Source: an uncultured Erysipelotrichaceae bacterium
Lineage (GTDB): Bacteria > Bacillota_I > Bacilli_A > Erysipelotrichales > Erysipelotrichaceae
Direction: 5' to 3'
Assembly (NCBI GenBank): GCA_942492995.1
Contig: OW818653.1
Location: 60,001-92,000 of the forward strand
Length of the DNA: 32,000 nucleotides
Part shown: in pieces, positions 27,447 through 32,000 of the stretch
Numbering within the stretch: position 1 is the first letter of the stretch
Layout: each line of letters begins with the position of its first letter
Position numbers and translations under genes: made by a program
Notes under the pieces: model-generated
Told to the model about the DNA's origin: nothing
The model's input: only the letters and a program-made list of their open reading frames with translations
Database searches by the model: none

Positions 27447-27950
27447 AACTGGCGCAAGATCATCATTATCGTAGGTATAGCTTTGGATCAACTGAAGCTT
27501 TTTATTTTGGTTTATATAATCCATTACGCCATGATACTCGATTAATCCGCCTTCATGTTTACGGTAGAGGGTAACACATAAATAACCATTCTCTTTTAAT
27601 ATCTCTAAACTCTTGTCAATCGCGATAATGCTCGAATTGAGTTCTGTCATTATATTGGTTTCTGAGTTTGGTAGATATCCATTATTCATTAATACAATAT
27701 CAACTTGTATATTAAGTACTTTATCTAACTGTGCATGATCTAAACAATAAAAGTTCTTGTTTTGATAGTCTTCACATTTTAGACTTGATCGAACAATCGC
27801 GATAGGCTGAATATCGAAGGCATAGACGTGTTTAAAATGTTGGAGACAGAATAACGCATCATTTCCATTTCCTAAGGTTAAATCACATACAATTGAATCC
27901 GCATCACAGTGTTTAAGTAAAAAATGATGCATGTAGCTTGTTACTCGCAT
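27411..27950 (-). CDS. mnmM: SAM-dependent methyltransferase of the YtqB/MnmM family (tRNA mnm5s2U34 methyltransferase)
   Basis: Colinear by eye with B. subtilis YtqB: D.T.GNG.D..F, HVYAFDIQ, NNGYLP, and a C-terminal P(V/F).(T/V)I.K. RBS AAGGAG. It lies downstream of and overlaps ytqA, as in Bacillus. Confidence 0.7.
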   Translation of the reverse strand: MRVTSYMHHFLLKHCDADSIVCDLTLGNGNDALFCLQHFKHVYAFDIQPIAIVRSSLKCEDYQNKNFYCLDHAQLDKVLNIQVDIVLMNNGYLPNSETNIMTELNSSIIAIDKSLEILKENGYLCVTLYRKHEGGLIEYHGVMDYINQNKKLQLIQSYTYDNDDLAPVLTIFQKVNERT

Positions 27951-28876
27951 AAATCTCCTTGTGTAACATTCATCAATGCCATCTTCTTATCTATCCCATT
28001 TAAAACCATTATTTTGTTTTTTATCCATTGGGGTTCGATTAAATCTTCATGACTGTAATCACCTGTTAAACGTAGAATCGATACTTCTTGTGGGATGTAT
28101 CGTAATTGGGTGATAACACAATCGATGTATTCTTCTAACGTAAGTAGTTTAAAAGGTTTGAGTGTATAGCGCATACCTAGATTAGAATTTTTTAAAACAT
28201 TCAACATATGTATTTTAATCCCATATGGGCGTAATTGTCCAACTTCCTTTACTGTTTCGATCATTTGTTCGACTGTTTCAGTTGGATATCCATTCATCAC
28301 ATGGACAATTAACTTAAGATTTGTAACTTTTAATCGATTAAACACTTCTTTAAATAATAGGTAATCATAGCCACGATTCATATCCTTTGCGGTTGTGTCA
28401 TGAATGGTTTGTAGACCCAGTTCTAGATAAACATCTTTAATCAAAGTAAGCGAATCAAGATATTGAATAATCGATTCATCTAAACAATCAACGCGTGTCG
28501 CAATCGCAAGTGCGATGACATCTGGATGATGAATAAATGGATCATATAATTCTTTTAATTGTTCAACTGGCGCATAGGTATTGGTAAAGGCTTGGAAATA
28601 CGCAATTGCCTTTGCGTCTGGCCATTTATTTTGTTGGATTTTAACACCTTTTTCAAACTGTTCAAGTAGATTTAACTGTGTATTACCTTGGAAATCACCA
28701 CTTCCAATATCATTACAGAAAGAACAGCCTCCATGCCCACATTTACCATCCCGATTGGGACAGGTAAATCCTGCATTTAAGCCTACTTTAAATACTTTAG
28801 TGTTATAGCGTTTACGACTTGCATAGTTAAAGGTATGGTAACGCTTGTTGTCGGATGAATAGATAAATGAGTTCAT
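27941..28876 (-). CDS. ytqA: TIGR01212-family radical SAM protein (YtqA-like)
   Basis: N-terminus RYHTFNY....Y..KVFKVGLNAGFTCPNRDG.CGHGGCSFC..GSGDF matches the YtqA/YhcC family cluster motif. 311 aa. Confidence 0.8.
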   Translation of the reverse strand: MNSFIYSSDNKRYHTFNYASRKRYNTKVFKVGLNAGFTCPNRDGKCGHGGCSFCNDIGSGDFQGNTQLNLLEQFEKGVKIQQNKWPDAKAIAYFQAFTNTYAPVEQLKELYDPFIHHPDVIALAIATRVDCLDESIIQYLDSLTLIKDVYLELGLQTIHDTTAKDMNRGYDYLLFKEVFNRLKVTNLKLIVHVMNGYPTETVEQMIETVKEVGQLRPYGIKIHMLNVLKNSNLGMRYTLKPFKLLTLEEYIDCVITQLRYIPQEVSILRLTGDYSHEDLIEPQWIKNKIMVLNGIDKKMALMNVTQGDLCE

Positions 28877-28898
28877 ATTCGTATTGTAGCACAGTCAC

Positions 28899-28927
28899 TT
28901 GCTTTTTAAAGTCTGTTTAGCTATACT
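28899..28927 (+). promoter_or_regulatory. leuS promoter TTGCTT-N17-TATACT
   Basis: Hexamers at 28899-28904 and 28922-28927, directly upstream of the T-box leader. Confidence 0.6.
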
Positions 28928-28933
28928 TTAAAA

Positions 28934-29140
28934 GAAGCGAAGATAAACAGTAGTAAGATGGCGCTAGCACGTAGAAATCTGTGGGTGGATGAAACACAGA
29001 CAAGGCAATCTCTGAACTCGGTTTTGAGCATAAAAGTCTAAAACTTTTACGGACCCCCGTTATCGGATCAAGTGTATGCTTAGGCATAAATCAAGGTGGT
29101 ACCGCGAGTTGACTCGTCCTTATGGGACCTTTTTTTATTT
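28934..29140 (+). promoter_or_regulatory. T-box leader (leucine-specific) controlling leuS
   Basis: Conserved T-box sequence AAATCAAGGTGGTACCGCGAG (29088-29108). Antiterminator AAGG-[TGGTACC bulge]-GCGAG-TTGA-CTCGT-CCTT. Stem I elements (AGTA, AGAAA, GGTGGATGAAAC distal loop region). Probable specifier GAA-CUC-G with the CUC Leu codon at 29017-29019. T7 run at 29130-29136. Confidence 0.85.
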
Positions 29141-29151
29141 TAGGAGGAAAA

Positions 29152-31539
29152 ATGAAAGATCATCAGATTATAGAGAAGAAATGGCAAGCATTCTGGGAAA
29201 AGAATGAAACATTCAAAACAGATGTATGGGATTTTACGAAACCAAAAGCGTATGTACTCGATATGTTTCCTTATCCAAGTGGTAGTGGATTACACGTAGG
29301 ACATCCAGAAGGCTATACAGCGACCGATATTATTTGTCGTATGAAGCGTATGCAAGGCTTTAATGTGCTTCATCCGATGGGATGGGATGCGTTTGGCTTG
29401 CCTGCTGAACAATATGCATTGAATACAGGGAATCATCCTGCAGATTTTACCAAGAAAAATATCGAAACATTTAAGAATCAGATTAAAGGATTAGGACTAT
29501 CGTATGATTGGTCCAAAGAATTATCCACAACTGATCCAGAGTATTACAAATGGACCCAATGGATCTTCATCCAACTTTACAATAAAGGCTTAGCATATGT
29601 CGATGAGATTCCCGTAAACTGGTGTCCTGATTTAGGCACAGTATTAGCAAATGAAGAAGTTATTGATGGTAAATCAGAACGTGGTAATTTCCCAGTTTAT
29701 CGTGTCCCAATGCGTCAATGGGTATTACGTATCACACATTACGCAGAACGTTTGTTGGAAGATCTTGATTTAGTAGAATGGCCGCAAAGCACTAAAGAGA
29801 TGCAAATCAATTGGATTGGTAAATCAGTTGGCGCAAATGTCGTATTTAAAGTTGATCAACATGATCGTGAATTTACCGTATTCACAACGCGTAGTGACAC
29901 CTTATTTGGCGCAACGTATTGTGTATTAGCGCCTGAACATCCGTTTGTGAGTGAAATTACATCTGTAGATCAAAAGGCTGAAGTTGATGCGTATGTCTTA
30001 GCATGTGCTACGAAATCAGATTTACAACGTACAGAATTAAACAAAGATAAAACAGGTGTATTTACCGGTGCTTACGCAATTAATCCTGTAAACAATAAGA
30101 AAGTTCCAATATGGATTGCGGATTATGTCTTAGCAAGTTATGGGACAGGCGCAATTATGGCAGTCCCTGCACATGATGAACGTGACTATGAATTTGCCAA
30201 GAAATTTAATCTAGACATTATTCCAGTTCTAGAAGGCGGAGATGTTAGCGTTGAGGCATTTACAGGTGATGGTCAACACATTAACAGTGATTTCTTAAAT
30301 GGATTAAATAAAGAAGATGGATTAAAGACCATGAACGCATGGTTGGTTGAACATCAATGTGGAGAAGCGAAAGTTACGTATAAACTACGTGATTGGTTAT
30401 TCTCACGTCAACGTTATTGGGGCGAACCAATTCCTATCGTATTGATGGAAGATGGCACTAAACGTACCGTTGATATCAGTGAATTACCATTAGAACTACC
30501 TGTAGTCGATAACTACAAACCTTCCACAACAGGCGAAAGCCCATTATCCAACGCAGGTTCTTGGTTGGATGTTGAGATTGATGGAATGAAAGGTAAACGT
30601 GAAACTAACACGATGCCTCAATGGGCAGGAAGTTGTTGGTACTACTTACGTTATTTAGATCCAAAGAATACTGAAGCTATCGCAGCTCCAGAATTACTTG
30701 AACACTGGTTACCCGTTGATTTATACGTCGGTGGCGCTGAACATGCCGTATTGCATTTACTCTATGCACGATTCTGGCATAAGGTATTGTATGATATTGG
30801 CGCAGTTCCAACAAAAGAACCATTCGCAAAACTATTCCACCAAGGCATGATTCTCGGTGAAAATGGCGAGAAGATGAGTAAATCACGTGGGAATGTTATT
30901 AATCCTGATGATATTCTTGTATCGCATGGTGCAGATTCACTTCGTATCTATGAAATGTTTATGGGACCTCTAGAAGCAGCTCTTCCTTGGTCAAACAACG
31001 GACTTGATGGAACACGCAAATGGTTAGATCGTGTAATCAGATTATTTACTGAAGTTGGTAAATTCAGTGATGAAAATAATCACCAATTGGATAAAGTATT
31101 CCATTACACCGTTAAGAAAGTAACCAATGATATTACGACTTTAAACTTTAATACTGCAGTATCTCAAATGATGATTTTCATTAATGAATGTTACAAAGCA
31201 GAGACAATCTATCGTCCATACGCATTAGGATTCATCCAAATGTTCGCAACATTTGCGCCACATACGGGTGAAGAATTATGGACTGAGATGACAGGAAAAG
31301 AGGGGATTAGTTTTGAACCTTGGCCAAGTTATGATGAGAAGTTCTTAATTGAAGATGAAGTAGAACTTGTTATCCAGGTTAATGGTAAGATTCGTTCTAA
31401 ACTCGTTGTACCATTCAATGCTAAACAAGAAGACATTCAAGATAAAGCATTTGAATTAATTCAAGCTCAACTTGAAGGTAAAACAGTACGTAAAGTAATT
31501 TATGTACCAAATAAATTATTGAATGTTGTTGTAGGATAA
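29152..31539 (+). CDS. leuS: Leucine--tRNA ligase
   Basis: Class I motifs HVGHPEGY (HIGH) and KMSKSRGN (KMSKS). About 795 aa starting at ATG 29152 behind AGGAGG. The ORF-track start at 29122 lies inside the T-box terminator region. Confidence 0.95.
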   Translation: MKDHQIIEKKWQAFWEKNETFKTDVWDFTKPKAYVLDMFPYPSGSGLHVGHPEGYTATDIICRMKRMQGFNVLHPMGWDAFGLPAEQYALNTGNHPADFTKKNIETFKNQIKGLGLSYDWSKELSTTDPEYYKWTQWIFIQLYNKGLAYVDEIPVNWCPDLGTVLANEEVIDGKSERGNFPVYRVPMRQWVLRITHYAERLLEDLDLVEWPQSTKEMQINWIGKSVGANVVFKVDQHDREFTVFTTRSDTLFGATYCVLAPEHPFVSEITSVDQKAEVDAYVLACATKSDLQRTELNKDKTGVFTGAYAINPVNNKKVPIWIADYVLASYGTGAIMAVPAHDERDYEFAKKFNLDIIPVLEGGDVSVEAFTGDGQHINSDFLNGLNKEDGLKTMNAWLVEHQCGEAKVTYKLRDWLFSRQRYWGEPIPIVLMEDGTKRTVDISELPLELPVVDNYKPSTTGESPLSNAGSWLDVEIDGMKGKRETNTMPQWAGSCWYYLRYLDPKNTEAIAAPELLEHWLPVDLYVGGAEHAVLHLLYARFWHKVLYDIGAVPTKEPFAKLFHQGMILGENGEKMSKSRGNVINPDDILVSHGADSLRIYEMFMGPLEAALPWSNNGLDGTRKWLDRVIRLFTEVGKFSDENNHQLDKVFHYTVKKVTNDITTLNFNTAVSQMMIFINECYKAETIYRPYALGFIQMFATFAPHTGEELWTEMTGKEGISFEPWPSYDEKFLIEDEVELVIQVNGKIRSKLVVPFNAKQEDIQDKAFELIQAQLEGKTVRKVIYVPNKLLNVVVG

Positions 31540-31543
31540 ACAT

Positions 31544-31569
31544 AAGACGAACCAATCGGTTCGTCTTTT
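31544..31569 (+). terminator. Intrinsic terminator of leuS
   Basis: AAGACGAACC-AATC-GGTTCGTCTT hairpin followed by TT(A)AA. Confidence 0.8.
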
Positions 31570-31625
31570 AAATGGAGTGATAAAGATTTAAATACTTACT
31601 TTAAAATAATTTTATATTTTAATCT

Positions 31626-31717
31626 ATTTACTACAGGTAAATTAGAAAAAAACCTGTAGTAAATCAATTAAATCAAAAATTTACTCTAGGTAAATATGCG
31701 ATTAACCTAGAGTAAAT
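31626..31717. repeat. Two tandem related palindromes (13-bp arms, 13-nt spacers, 53-bp period)
   Basis: IR1 is ATTTACTACAGGT-N13-ACCTGTAGTAAAT (31626-31664). IR2 is ATTTACTCTAGGT-N13-ACCTAGAGTAAAT (31679-31717). The arms differ at two positions and both changes are compensated in the partner arm. Confidence 0.8.
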
Positions 31718-31729
31718 ACTCGTTTATTG

Positions 31730-32000
31730 TTACTTGTTATAAAGCGTAAAGAAATAAATCGTTGGATCACTTAACCAACGTGCTCTTAAATCAGATACAC
31801 CAATTCCATTTGATACAAACATTTGACTCTTATCCGTCTTATAAATACCTCTTACATACTTACCTTTAGCTTCACTAAACAATGAACCATATAAAGGTAG
31901 ATTAACTTGTCCACCATGTGTCTTAGCTGTAAGAAATAATTCTATATCCATATCCTTCCAATCACTGTAAATCGCTGGATCATAACTTAAGACAATATTA
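31730..32000 (-). CDS. Metallophosphoesterase, 3'-terminal part (gene continues beyond the window)
   Basis: The frame is open to the window edge (…NIVLSYDPAIYSDWKDMDIELFLTAKTHGGQVNLP…). The GHTHGGQ-like motif (KTHGGQ) is typical of the YkuE/calcineurin-like phosphoesterase family. The ATG at 31951 is internal. Confidence 0.7.
   Translation of the reverse strand, partial: NIVLSYDPAIYSDWKDMDIELFLTAKTHGGQVNLPLYGSLFSEAKGKYVRGIYKTDKSQMFVSNGIGVSDLRARWLSDPTIYFFTLYNK

Noticed and set aside
1-32000. Looked for CRISPR arrays, IS elements/transposases, integrases, prophage genes, toxin-antitoxin or defence-system signatures, and for Mollicute-type UGA=Trp recoding
   Set aside because: I found no repeat-spacer periodicity, no terminal inverted repeats flanking ORFs and no recombinase-like ORFs. 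All genes are housekeeping-type. tRNA-Trp has a CCA anticodon and the long ORFs close on TGA, so the standard code applies.

Overview
This is an AT-rich chromosomal segment, roughly one-third G+C by eye. It comes from a low-GC Gram-positive bacterium (Bacillota). Synteny is Bacilli/Erysipelotrichia-like (hit-prsA-yhaM neighbourhood, ytqA-ytqB, sufCDSUB), and a NifJ-type PFOR suggests an anaerobic lifestyle. The standard genetic code applies: the long ORFs are intact with TGA as a stop, and tRNA-Trp carries a CCA anticodon. I support about 33 protein-coding genes, one tRNA-Trp, a Leu T-box leader, several promoters and intrinsic terminators, and two candidate C-rich small RNAs. Gene content from left to right: a 5'-partial lipoprotein, YdeI-like, DUF302 and DHFR-family proteins, tRNA-Trp, pyrR, a GDPD-family phosphodiesterase, a MATE efflux pump, PFOR (nifJ), two GT4 glycolipid-type glycosyltransferases (the second fused in frame to a full RecX), yhaM, a copZ-copA-csoR operon ending in an HMA/DsbD_2/cupredoxin membrane protein, a HIT protein, a PrsA-like pair, sufCDSUB plus a coupled 5-formyl-THF cyclo-ligase, an MFS transporter, a NUDIX hydrolase, ytqB(mnmM)-ytqA, T-box-leuS and a partial metallophosphoesterase. 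I saw no CRISPR array, transposase, integrase, phage or recognisable defence genes, so this reads as core genome rather than an accessory island, and I cannot point to a clear novel multi-gene system. Six items deserve a second look. (1) A CsoR-operator-like palindrome sits in the PFOR promoter and mirrors the one in the cop promoter. (2) The glycosyltransferase-RecX fusion. (3) The three-domain copper-operon membrane protein. (4) A 380-bp intergenic region carries four unpaired C-tracts in two terminator-bounded units, RsaE/RoxS-like, and the second unit also looks like an attenuator for the NUDIX gene. (5) A tandem pair of covarying 13-bp-arm palindromes lies downstream of leuS. (6) ytqA and possibly pyrR have promoter geometry suggesting leaderless mRNAs. 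All functional calls come from motif and family recognition by eye; no searches were run.
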